From a virus: a DNA stretch of 64,000 bases. The stretch is from the IMG/VR virus record IMGVR_UViG_3300027503_000009; one strand, given 5' to 3'. The notes beneath the pieces were generated by a model. It ran no database searches and was not told the DNA's origin. It saw only the letters and a program-made list of their open reading frames with translations. The translations under genes were made by a program, and so were the position numbers. Of this stretch, positions 1 to 7,447 are shown piece by piece. Positions within the stretch are counted from its first letter, which is position 1; every line of letters begins with the position of its first letter.

Positions 1-2
1 AG

Positions 3-986
3 ACGTTTTCCCACAGAAAGATTTTCATCAAAATTTAAAAGAGTTGTGCCTTTGATTTCAAAAGATTTATCTTTCTCAGCAACATAATTAAATAAAATTT
101 TGTACTGAGTGTTGTAAACCCATAGATTTGTTGCACCAATAATTTTTTCAGGATTAATACTTTTTAGATTTAATTCCTGGAAATTATCCATATATTTTAG
201 TTTTTTAATTTGCTTTGCAGCGGATTTTGGTTTCTTTGTTCGTGTTCTTTTAACAGGAACTTCTTCAACCTGTTCAGTTACAGCTAGACTTTCAAGAAAT
301 GAAATTAACTCTAACTTCTTTTTGTATGGAATATGGCTATATGCCTCAATACAATCAGGCTCAGTTGATGTTAATTCATCTTTTACCTGATTCCATCTCT
401 CTATAATATGTAGGTGAACTTTTTTTGGTACGTTATTTTTTGCTACCCAATCATTATAATTAAAATTAAACTTGTATGATTTATCTATAATGAAAGAATG
501 AACTTTTTCTTCAAACTCACTAATTAAATTAGAAGTGTGTTCATGTTCTTTTTCAATTTTATAAAGCTGCTTAATTTTGTTCTGCTTTACTTTTTCTTCA
601 TGGATTAAAGAATGTTCTTCAATTAAATCTTTAATATGAATATTAATCTTTGATAAAGAAGATTTCTGAATAGGACCATTGTTCATGAAAATTCTTAATG
701 TTGGTCCATAAGGAATAAATCTCTTTTCATTAACTGATTCTAGAATATCAGTATCATCCTGTGTGAAACCAGGATTATTCTTACAGTATTCCAAAACCCA
801 TTTCTTATGTTGCATAGGTGTAGCATTATAGCTATACCAATTATATGCAGAGCCAAGAATTGATAGTCTTGCTTTATTATGAAGTACAGTTACATCAATG
901 TCATTCCACTTTGGTTCCTTTGTACCAAAAGGATTGATGATGTCCTGTACACGTTCTCGTTTTTCTAGGATGTCTTCTTCAACCAT
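3..986 (-). CDS. Conserved T4-like phage hypothetical protein, truncated at the window edge (not in ORF track)
   Basis: Manual translation from ATG at 986: MVEEDILEKRERVQDIINPFGTKEPKW...KKPKSAAKQIKKLKY...SINPEKIIGATNLWVYNTQYK...IKGTTLLNFD; frame open to the edge; consensus promoter directly upstream. Confidence 0.8.
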   Translation of the reverse strand, partial: MVEEDILEKRERVQDIINPFGTKEPKWNDIDVTVLHNKARLSILGSAYNWYSYNATPMQHKKWVLEYCKNNPGFTQDDTDILESVNEKRFIPYGPTLRIFMNNGPIQKSSLSKINIHIKDLIEEHSLIHEEKVKQNKIKQLYKIEKEHEHTSNLISEFEEKVHSFIIDKSYKFNFNYNDWVAKNNVPKKVHLHIIERWNQVKDELTSTEPDCIEAYSHIPYKKKLELISFLESLAVTEQVEEVPVKRTRTKKPKSAAKQIKKLKYMDNFQELNLKSINPEKIIGATNLWVYNTQYKILFNYVAEKDKSFEIKGTTLLNFDENLSVGKR

Positions 987-992
987 AAGCTC

Positions 993-1021
993 ATTATAGC
1001 AAAGACTATTTAGGTTGTCAA
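993..1021 (-). promoter_or_regulatory. sigma70-type early promoter (leftward)
   Basis: TTGACA (1021-1016), 17-nt spacer, TATAAT (998-993) with extended TG. Confidence 0.85.
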
Positions 1022-1054
1022 GAAAAATATTTTTAAACTTTTTTGACTAAACAC

Positions 1055-1083
1055 TTGACAACTTACATTTTCTGTGCTATAAT
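1055..1083 (+). promoter_or_regulatory. sigma70-type early promoter
   Basis: TTGACA 1055-1060, 17-nt spacer, TATAAT 1078-1083 with extended TG. Confidence 0.85.
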
Positions 1084-1156
1084 AAGAGTGTCGTTGACAG
1101 AGATAATATATTTAATATTAGTAGCAAAAAAATATATAAAAAATATAAAAAAGTTC

Positions 1157-1185
1157 TTGACAAACTCGTATTCTGATGCTATACT
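1157..1185 (+). promoter_or_regulatory. sigma70-type early promoter
   Basis: TTGACA 1157-1162, 17-nt spacer, TATACT 1180-1185 with extended TG; A-rich UP-like tract upstream. Confidence 0.85.
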
Positions 1186-1241
1186 GGTATCATAGTGGTT
1201 GAACACCACAATTAAACTTATAACAAAGGAAAAACAAAAAA

Positions 1242-1475
1242 ATGAATACAACTGCAACAACTACAACTCCCTTCCGTAAGGGTTCACAGAACTCACGTCT
1301 TCTAAACGCTCTAACAAGAGGTCAGAAGATTTCTGCTTCTCAGGCACGTTCACGTTTTGGTATTACCAACGTTTCTGCCCGTGTTCGTGAGATGCGTAGT
1401 AAGGGTGTTAACATTGTTACAAATTACAAGACCTATAATGATGGTACTCGTAAGGCATTTTATACTCTAGGCTAA
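1242..1475 (+). CDS. Small basic winged-helix/HTH DNA-binding protein
   Basis: RLLNALTRGQKISASQARSRFGITNVSARVREMRSKG HTH-like pattern; AAGGA SD. Confidence 0.7.
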   Translation: MNTTATTTTPFRKGSQNSRLLNALTRGQKISASQARSRFGITNVSARVREMRSKGVNIVTNYKTYNDGTRKAFYTLG

Positions 1476-1480
1476 ATAAC

Positions 1481-1508
1481 AGGGGGGTGTAAAAGCCCCC
1501 CTTTTTTA
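1481..1508 (+). terminator. Rho-independent terminator
   Basis: GGGGGG-TGTAAAAG-CCCCCC followed by a T run. Confidence 0.85.
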
Positions 1509-1509
1509 T

Positions 1510-1995
1510 ATGATAGAAACAATTGAATGGGATAATTATTTTTTAAATTTATTACCCCATATTTCAAAAAAATCAAAAGACACAACGAAAACCTCTGCTA
1601 TCATTGTAGGTCCAGATCACGCAATAAGATCAACTGGATATAATGGTATGCCAAGAGGTTTTAATGATTTAGATTTAAATAAATGGGAAAAACCAGAGAA
1701 ATATTATTGGGTGGAACATGCTGAAAGAAATGCGATCTATAATGCATCAAGAATGGGTACTAGTACTTATGGCTGTACTATGTATGCTTCTCATTTCCCG
1801 TGTGTGGACTGTGCTAGAGGAATTGTACAGTCTGGTATTTTAAGAGTTGTTTTAATGAAGGAAAATCTTCATCATTTTAGACATCAGACTTCAAAATATT
1901 TTGAACATGAAAATAAAACTATTGAAATTTTCAATTCATGTGGTGTGATGTTTGATATTTTACCTTTAAATGTTGACAATGAATGGGCAGTATAG
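1510..1995 (+). CDS. cd: dCMP deaminase
   Basis: TGYNG, HAERNA and PCVDC zinc-deaminase motifs. Confidence 0.92.
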   Translation: MIETIEWDNYFLNLLPHISKKSKDTTKTSAIIVGPDHAIRSTGYNGMPRGFNDLDLNKWEKPEKYYWVEHAERNAIYNASRMGTSTYGCTMYASHFPCVDCARGIVQSGILRVVLMKENLHHFRHQTSKYFEHENKTIEIFNSCGVMFDILPLNVDNEWAV

Positions 1996-2001
1996 TATAC
2001 T
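1973..2001 (+). promoter_or_regulatory. sigma70-type early promoter
   Basis: TTGACA 1973-1978, 17-nt spacer, TATACT 1996-2001. Confidence 0.8.
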
Positions 2002-2007
2002 TGGATT

Positions 2008-2226
2008 ATGGAAATGACAACTGGAATTATTCTATCACTAACTATTGTACATCTTCTTTTTGTTTTTGTGACTGGTTATTCAACATTTTTTTGGCTTTCA
2101 AAGCTAATGTTGGTACTGGAAGCATTTCAAAAGGGAATTTTTAATTCAATCCCATTTTGGATTGAGACATCAAAGAAAAAGTATAAGGAAGAAATTAAGG
2201 AACTTAAAGGAACTATTCGTGTATGA
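2008..2226 (+). CDS. Hypothetical small membrane protein
   Basis: N-terminal hydrophobic helix; stop overlaps next start (ATGA). Confidence 0.6.
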   Translation: MEMTTGIILSLTIVHLLFVFVTGYSTFFWLSKLMLVLEAFQKGIFNSIPFWIETSKKKYKEEIKELKGTIRV

Positions 2227-2537
2227 AATATGAAGAAAAAGAAATTCTAGCAGAAGTTGAAGGTTATATTGAAAGTACATATAATGAACATTATGTTCGT
2301 GGAAATGATATTCAAGTAAATGATTTAATCATGGCTATTGGACATGGTGAAGGTTCATACATTTCAAATGCTATTGAATATCTCGCACGTTATGGAAAGA
2401 AAGATGGAAAGAATGTAAAAGATCTTTACAAGGCTATCCATAATATTATTTTATTGATTCATTTAAATCATGGTGAAAAAAATGTTGAATCTACAAAAAT
2501 TCCTAATCGAAAACAACGGAAATCTAGTTCTTCTTAA
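2223..2537 (+). CDS. DUF3310-like protein (T7 gp1.7-related putative nucleotide kinase family)
   Basis: HY...IQV.D.I...G...SNAIEYLARYGKKDG...DLYKAIH pattern. Confidence 0.7.
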   Translation: MKYEEKEILAEVEGYIESTYNEHYVRGNDIQVNDLIMAIGHGEGSYISNAIEYLARYGKKDGKNVKDLYKAIHNIILLIHLNHGEKNVESTKIPNRKQRKSSSS

Positions 2538-3606
2538 AGAACAGTTTGGTATTGATACAAACGTTCATAAAAAATATAATAATTTAATTCAATTCACATA
2601 CAATCAAATTGATTCTTATAAGGTAAAAGCACATCCTATTGTTAGGGAATCCCGTGGTATTATTTTAGATTCTGCTGACAATTGGAAAGTTGTTGCACGT
2701 CCATTTGATAGATTTTTTAATTATGGCGAAAATGTAGATGAAGATAAATTTGATTGGACTTCATTTGTAGCACAAGAAAAAGTTGATGGTTCTTTGATGA
2801 TTGTTTATCATTATCGAAATGAATGGCATGTTGCAACAAAAGGAATGGCTTCAGCACATGGTCCTGTTGGTAATATGGATTTTTCTTTTGCAGAATTATT
2901 TTGGAAAACTTTTAATAATCAGATGTATTTTATTTCTGACTTGAATCCTAGAAGTACATATTTGTTTGAGTTGACTTCTAAGTATAACAGAGTTGTTACA
3001 TCTCAAAGTAACAATGATGGAAAATTAACTTTAATTGGTGTTCGTGATAATGAAAATGGACGTGAAATTCTATCCGTTATATATCGTGAGTATTTTGATG
3101 TTGTTCGTTCTTTTTCAATGTCTACAATTGAAGAAATTCTTTCTTCTGCTAAGGAGTTAGATCCTTCTAAACAGGAAGGTTTCGTCTTAGTTGATAAAAA
3201 TTTCAATCGTGTTAAAGTTAAATCTGAAAAATATGTTTTAATTCATCATTTGAAAGATTCACTGAATGATGATAAAATTATTGATTTGATTAAATCTGGC
3301 GAAGATTCTGAAGTAATGGCTTATTTTCCAGATTTAAAGAAAAAATTTGACAAATTTAAATCATATTATTATGAATTACAAGGACATTTAGAAATTTTTT
3401 GGGAATTTTTTCCACTTGATATTAAAACAGTATCAAGAAAAGAATTTGCTTTACATGTAACTCATTCATATATTCATGAGATTCAAGGGTTCTTTTTTGC
3501 TATGTTAGATGGTAAAGTAAAAAATTCTAAAGAATGGTTATTAAATTTAAACAATAAAACTATATTAAGTATATTTAAATCGTGGAACAACACAAAAGAA
3601 CAATAG
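2482..3606 (+). CDS. rnlA: RNA ligase 1 (T4 Rnl1-like); start probably 2482 rather than 2470
   Basis: ESRGIIL, RPFDRFFN, KVDGS (adenylation motif I), FEL, EGFV, KVKSEKY. Confidence 0.9.
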   Translation: MLNLQKFLIENNGNLVLLKEQFGIDTNVHKKYNNLIQFTYNQIDSYKVKAHPIVRESRGIILDSADNWKVVARPFDRFFNYGENVDEDKFDWTSFVAQEKVDGSLMIVYHYRNEWHVATKGMASAHGPVGNMDFSFAELFWKTFNNQMYFISDLNPRSTYLFELTSKYNRVVTSQSNNDGKLTLIGVRDNENGREILSVIYREYFDVVRSFSMSTIEEILSSAKELDPSKQEGFVLVDKNFNRVKVKSEKYVLIHHLKDSLNDDKIIDLIKSGEDSEVMAYFPDLKKKFDKFKSYYYELQGHLEIFWEFFPLDIKTVSRKEFALHVTHSYIHEIQGFFFAMLDGKVKNSKEWLLNLNNKTILSIFKSWNNTKEQ

Positions 3607-3764
3607 CAAGATCAGCAAGTTGGAGAATAACAGCAACAATAGTCACGGCTATGTGGACGGGAATAGAATCAGCTATTCTTATGAACATAGCCATGACTTT
3701 TGTTCATTATATTCATGAAAGAATTTGGTTAAAAGTTGATTGGGGTAAACTTGACAAATCCTAA
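3582..3764 (+). CDS. DUF2061-like small membrane protein
   Basis: HKRTIARSASWRITAT...HYIHERIW..V.WG. Confidence 0.75.
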   Translation: MEQHKRTIARSASWRITATIVTAMWTGIESAILMNIAMTFVHYIHERIWLKVDWGKLDKS

Positions 3765-3779
3765 ACAATAGGTTATACT
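3751..3779 (+). promoter_or_regulatory. sigma70-type early promoter
   Basis: TTGACA 3751-3756, 17-nt spacer, TATACT 3774-3779. Confidence 0.8.
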
Positions 3780-3819
3780 ATAATTGTGAGTGGAAACTAC
3801 ATAATGCAAATGGTGAGAA

Positions 3820-4233
3820 ATGACAACAACTGAAATTTTAATGAAAATTTATCCAGCATTAAATGAAGATGGACATTGGTTGTATGATTATCAACCTATG
3901 ATTGATTCTTTTGGAGAAGTCCTTAACCAAGTGGAACTTGGGTCCTATCAAGGAGACACGACTGCTCTCTTACAAAAGGATAATCTCTATGGTCTACTTG
4001 AATTTGGATGGGGGTCTTGTTCTGGATGTGATGCTCTTCAAGGATGTAATAACATTAATGAATTAGTTGAATTATACGAAAGTCTTCGTAATTCAATTAG
4101 ATGGATTTCTAGAGAAGAAATGTTGAAGTTCTTCAAGGAACATGATTGGGAAGGTGGACATTCCTGGTATGAACAAGAAGGAACTGAATTATCGGATTTC
4201 GTAAAAGAGTGTATTGTATATCTGGAGACATAA
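3820..4233 (+). CDS. Hypothetical protein with GSYQGD and WGSCSGCD motifs (possible metal binding)
   Basis: ORF track; CxxC. Confidence 0.7.
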   Translation: MTTTEILMKIYPALNEDGHWLYDYQPMIDSFGEVLNQVELGSYQGDTTALLQKDNLYGLLEFGWGSCSGCDALQGCNNINELVELYESLRNSIRWISREEMLKFFKEHDWEGGHSWYEQEGTELSDFVKECIVYLET

Positions 4234-4364
4234 TGGAAAATCTATTACAAATCTCTTGGCCGCAAGCTGTAGTTCTTTGTGTTGCTGCTTTGTCTGCTGC
4301 TGCAACAGCTATTACTTTTATCGGTCTTGTTATTACTGAACGATATCCTTGGGATAGGGATTAA
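4233..4364 (+). CDS. 43-aa single-pass membrane protein (not in ORF track)
   Basis: GGAG SD; TAATG coupling to the upstream gene; MENLLQISWPQAVVLCVAALSAAATAITFIGLVITERYPWDRD. Confidence 0.75.
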   Translation: MENLLQISWPQAVVLCVAALSAAATAITFIGLVITERYPWDRD

Positions 4365-4365
4365 T

Positions 4366-4761
4366 ATGGCAAAACCTTGGATTCATGCAGTTTCTTCTGC
4401 TAGAAAGTTTGGTGGTGTTCCAGAAGATTATTTGGATATCCATCAATTAATGGATTCTTCAAAGGGTGCGATGTCTGATAATCGTCATCGTGCTTTGACT
4501 CATAACTCTTGGTTTCTTTCAAATATCTTAGAAAAGGTGTTTGGTGTGAATATCAAGAATTCTGATGGACGTGATGTATCAGTTAGGGATGTTGGTGAAC
4601 AACATATTCTTGAAGATTTTGGTAATCGCTATATCCCTAATGCTTCTGATTATTTGGAAGAAATGGAATATAAGTCTTGGATGAATGCTGGTAAAGACAC
4701 TATCCCTTCTTCTCACAAGAAAATTGCAAAAACTTTTAATACAAAAATGAGGATTGATTAA
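4366..4761 (+). CDS. DUF6915-like protein (start corrected from 4279 to 4366)
   Basis: MAKPWIHAVSSARKFGG.PEDYL.IH..MDSSK...D.RHRALTH...VGEQHILED; His-rich. Confidence 0.7.
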   Translation: MAKPWIHAVSSARKFGGVPEDYLDIHQLMDSSKGAMSDNRHRALTHNSWFLSNILEKVFGVNIKNSDGRDVSVRDVGEQHILEDFGNRYIPNASDYLEEMEYKSWMNAGKDTIPSSHKKIAKTFNTKMRID

Positions 4762-5227
4762 TATGGATAAGAATGTTTTTCTAGATAAGATTCGTGAGTT
4801 CAAGCGTGTTATGGAAGAACACAAGATTATGATGAAGGAGAATGCAAAGAACGTCTTTACTGAAATCTCAAAAGATATCTTTACAAATAACCCTCAACTT
4901 AACTCGTTTTCTTGGAACCAATATACACCTTATTTCAATGATGGTGAAACTTGTTATTTTTCAGTGAATCGAGATTATTACAAGATTAATAACTCTGATG
5001 ATACGATAGATTCTTGGACTTTAAACCACGAGGTATACAGACAAGATCTAGATTTAGAAGAACTGGGTTTTGATTCACTTGAATCACTTAAGAAAGCATA
5101 TAACGACATTGACGAACTAATGAATATCTTTGATGATTCGGATCTAGAAGAGATGTTTGGTGATCATGCTGAAGTTACAGTATCACGAAATGATGGTGTA
5201 ACAGTAGATGGATATGATCATGATTAA
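4754..5227 (+). CDS. Conserved phage hypothetical protein (ATG start probably 4763)
   Basis: WNQYTPYFNDGETCYF and FGDH...YDHD motifs. Confidence 0.7.
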   Translation: MINMDKNVFLDKIREFKRVMEEHKIMMKENAKNVFTEISKDIFTNNPQLNSFSWNQYTPYFNDGETCYFSVNRDYYKINNSDDTIDSWTLNHEVYRQDLDLEELGFDSLESLKKAYNDIDELMNIFDDSDLEEMFGDHAEVTVSRNDGVTVDGYDHD

Positions 5228-5238
5228 TGATTAAACCA

Positions 5239-5246
5239 TATAAATA
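5239..5246 (+). promoter_or_regulatory. T4-type late (gp55) promoter upstream of the tmRNA
   Basis: Exact TATAAATA just before the tmRNA acceptor piece. Confidence 0.75.
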
Positions 5247-5251
5247 TTAAA

Positions 5252-5585
5252 TGATAGGTGTTGATCTGGATTGAATGCATTTCGGACCTGGGTTCGACTC
5301 CCAGCGTCTCCACCAAAAGCACATTGTGAGGAGCTAGTTGCATGGCAAATTCGAACAAAGTGCAACCCAAGATATAATAGTGTACATAAAAATCTTGAGC
5401 AGTGTGCTTTTGGGGGGGACGAAATGGTTTCGACGGGATGAGCTAGAGAAGGGGAATCTATCCAGTAGCCGACTACTGTAAAATCGGGAACTATAAACGC
5501 AAATACTAACGTATTAGCAATGTCTGCTGCTGCCTAAACAGTTTCAGACGGGGTTGGCAACTTTCCTTGCAACAGAAAAGTTGCA
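5252..5585 (+). ncRNA. ssrA: Circularly permuted (two-piece) tmRNA: acceptor piece (~5252-5315), intervening segment (5316-5414), coding piece (5415-~5585); tag (A)ANTNVLAMSAAA
   Basis: T-arm CTGGG-TTCGACT-CCCAG plus CGTCTCC-A-CCA (5288-5315) lies upstream of the 5' end GGGGACG...GGTTTCGAC (5415). Acceptor stem has G3:U70. pk1 is CAGTAG/CTACTG plus CCGA/TCGG (5463-5487). Resume codon GCA at 5499, TAA at 5535-5537. Confidence 0.93.
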
Positions 5586-5592
5586 ATTTAAC

Positions 5593-5621
5593 TTGACAAT
5601 AAATTTAAATTATGTTACAAT
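5593..5621 (+). promoter_or_regulatory. sigma70-type early promoter
   Basis: TTGACA 5593-5598, 17-nt spacer, TACAAT 5616-5621 with extended TG. Confidence 0.75.
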
Positions 5622-5662
5622 TGTATTGTATAGTTAGATAAAAATTTAAGGAGAATCTAATC

Positions 5663-5690
5663 GGCGCAGATTCTGCGCCTTTTTTATTTT
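5663..5690 (+). terminator. Rho-independent terminator
   Basis: GGCGCAGA-T-TCTGCGCC followed by TTTTTTATTTT. Confidence 0.8.
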
Positions 5691-5698
5691 AAAAAACA

Positions 5699-6133
5699 AT
5701 GCTAGTAAGAATTATAGTAACAGCAATGTTATGTGTGTTCCCAATGGCAGCGCAAAAAATTGACAAAGAAACTATGTGTTTAGCTAAAAATATCTTTTTT
5801 GAAGCTGGTAATCAAGCTCTTGAAGGAAAAATGGCGGTTGCCTGGGTCACCTATAATAGAAAACTTCATCCCAAATACCCAAAAACATATTGTGCTGTAG
5901 TATATCAAAAAAATCAGTTTTCATGGACAAGAAATAAAAAACTAAAATTAGTTAATGATTGGAGATGGCACGATAGTGTTTTCGTTGCTAGACACTTCAA
6001 AATGACAAAAGATCCAACAAAAGGATCAATATATTTCCATGAAATTTCAATCAAACCACCTTGGACGAAAAAAGTGAAGAAAATTGTGAGAATTCAAAAT
6101 CATGTGTTTTATGCCTCTTCTAAATATCAATAG
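5699..6133 (+). CDS. SleB-like cell wall hydrolase (Hydrolase_2) with signal peptide
   Basis: CLAKNIFFEA, AVAWVTYNR, VVYQKNQFSW, NHVFY; N-terminal signal-like segment. Confidence 0.88.
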   Translation: MLVRIIVTAMLCVFPMAAQKIDKETMCLAKNIFFEAGNQALEGKMAVAWVTYNRKLHPKYPKTYCAVVYQKNQFSWTRNKKLKLVNDWRWHDSVFVARHFKMTKDPTKGSIYFHEISIKPPWTKKVKKIVRIQNHVFYASSKYQ

Positions 6134-6138
6134 GGATT

Positions 6139-7155
6139 ATGAAACTATTAGATCAGAACATCAAGGGTGATTTCACCCAGGAATTAAGAACTAAGTTGTA
6201 TAATAAGATTATTGGTCAAACGGAGCCAATAGAAATTATTTGTGAATATTACCAATTATATAAAACTAAATTAATTCCAACTAATCGCCCGATTGCCAAT
6301 CTTTTAATGATTGGTCCTACAGGCACTGGTAAAACAAGAGTAGTTGAAGCTTTTGCAGAAAGTGTTTTTGGTTCTGATAAAGCGTTTATTAAGATAGATT
6401 GTGGGGAATTTCAACATAGTCATGAAATTTCTAAACTTGTTGGTTCTCCACCTGGATATCTTGGACATAGAGAAACACATCCAATTTTTTCTGAAGAAAA
6501 GATAAAGCAACATCAAACAGAACAAAATAAATTTACAATTGTTTTGTTTGATGAAATTGAAAAATCTTCTGATGCACTATGGAATTTATTGCTTGGTATT
6601 CTTGATAAAGGTACATTAACATTAGGTGATAATAAACAGGTAGATATGTCTTCTTGTTTTATTATTATGACAAGTAATATTGGTGCTCAGAAATTAGCAC
6701 AATTGAAGAAAAAAAGAGATCTAGGATTTACACAAACTGATAAATTAAATTCTGTCTCTGACATGAGAAATTTTTCTATTTCTGAAGTAAAGAAAAAGTT
6801 TACACCAGAATTCATTAATCGTCTCGATAGAATGATTTATTTTAGAGAATTAAATCATGATGATTATATTAAAATTCTTAATATTGAATTAGCATTATTA
6901 CAAGATCTAATAATGTATAAAACTAAGCAAAATATCTTTATTGAGTTTACAGATAAGTCAAAAGAGTATATCTTGGCAAAAGGTATTAGTAAAGAATATG
7001 GTGCAAGAGATTTAAAGAGAATTATAGATAGAAGTGTAAAGATTAGTTTAAGTAATCTAATAGCTAGTAAACAAATTGAACAATATGATATTGTAAAAGT
7101 AGATTATGATGATGATTTTAAATTTTATAAGATTGAACCAGAGGATTTATTATAA
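6139..7155 (+). CDS. ClpA/ClpB-family AAA+ ATPase consisting of the D2 module only
   Basis: IIGQ, Walker A GPTGTGKT, KLVGSPPGYLG pore loop, Walker B VLFDEIEK, IMTSN, PEFINRLD, GARDLKR. Confidence 0.88.
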   Translation: MKLLDQNIKGDFTQELRTKLYNKIIGQTEPIEIICEYYQLYKTKLIPTNRPIANLLMIGPTGTGKTRVVEAFAESVFGSDKAFIKIDCGEFQHSHEISKLVGSPPGYLGHRETHPIFSEEKIKQHQTEQNKFTIVLFDEIEKSSDALWNLLLGILDKGTLTLGDNKQVDMSSCFIIMTSNIGAQKLAQLKKKRDLGFTQTDKLNSVSDMRNFSISEVKKKFTPEFINRLDRMIYFRELNHDDYIKILNIELALLQDLIMYKTKQNIFIEFTDKSKEYILAKGISKEYGARDLKRIIDRSVKISLSNLIASKQIEQYDIVKVDYDDDFKFYKIEPEDLL

Positions 7156-7412
7156 TGCCTTTTTATGATTTTAAATGTAGTTCAACAGAAGAAGTTTTTG
7201 AAAAAAGAGTTAATTATGATGATTTAGAAGCTTATGTACAATCAGACTGTCCAATTTGTGGACAGAAAGATATTGAAAGGGTAGCACATTCTATCAGAAT
7301 TGCAGATCCAGTTAGAATTGGTGTCAGAAAGGTTCCACAAGCCTTCAAAGAAGGTGTTTTAGATAGAATTAAACATAGTGTACCCAAAAATACGCTAAAA
7401 AATAAATATTAG
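7155..7412 (+). CDS. FmdB-family zinc-ribbon protein
   Basis: MPFYDFKC...CPICG. Confidence 0.7.
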   Translation: MPFYDFKCSSTEEVFEKRVNYDDLEAYVQSDCPICGQKDIERVAHSIRIADPVRIGVRKVPQAFKEGVLDRIKHSVPKNTLKNKY

Positions 7413-7447
7413 TGATGAGTATTTTCTCTAACATCATTAATCCTTCC

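Noticed and set aside
1063-1260. 65-aa minus-strand ORF and other short antisense ORFs (e.g. 3003-3206, 4579-4824, 15963-16226, 16963-18153, 21661-23151)
   Set aside because: They overlap promoters or lie opposite well-supported genes and have no translation signals
4279-4365. Leu-rich N-terminal extension of ORF 4279-4761
   Set aside because: It overlaps a better 43-aa gene (4233-4364); the conserved-looking sequence begins at ATG 4366
5284-5315. Stand-alone tRNA gene or attP fragment
   Set aside because: No anticodon or D arm upstream; it pairs with the downstream 5' half as a permuted tmRNA; no integrase in the window
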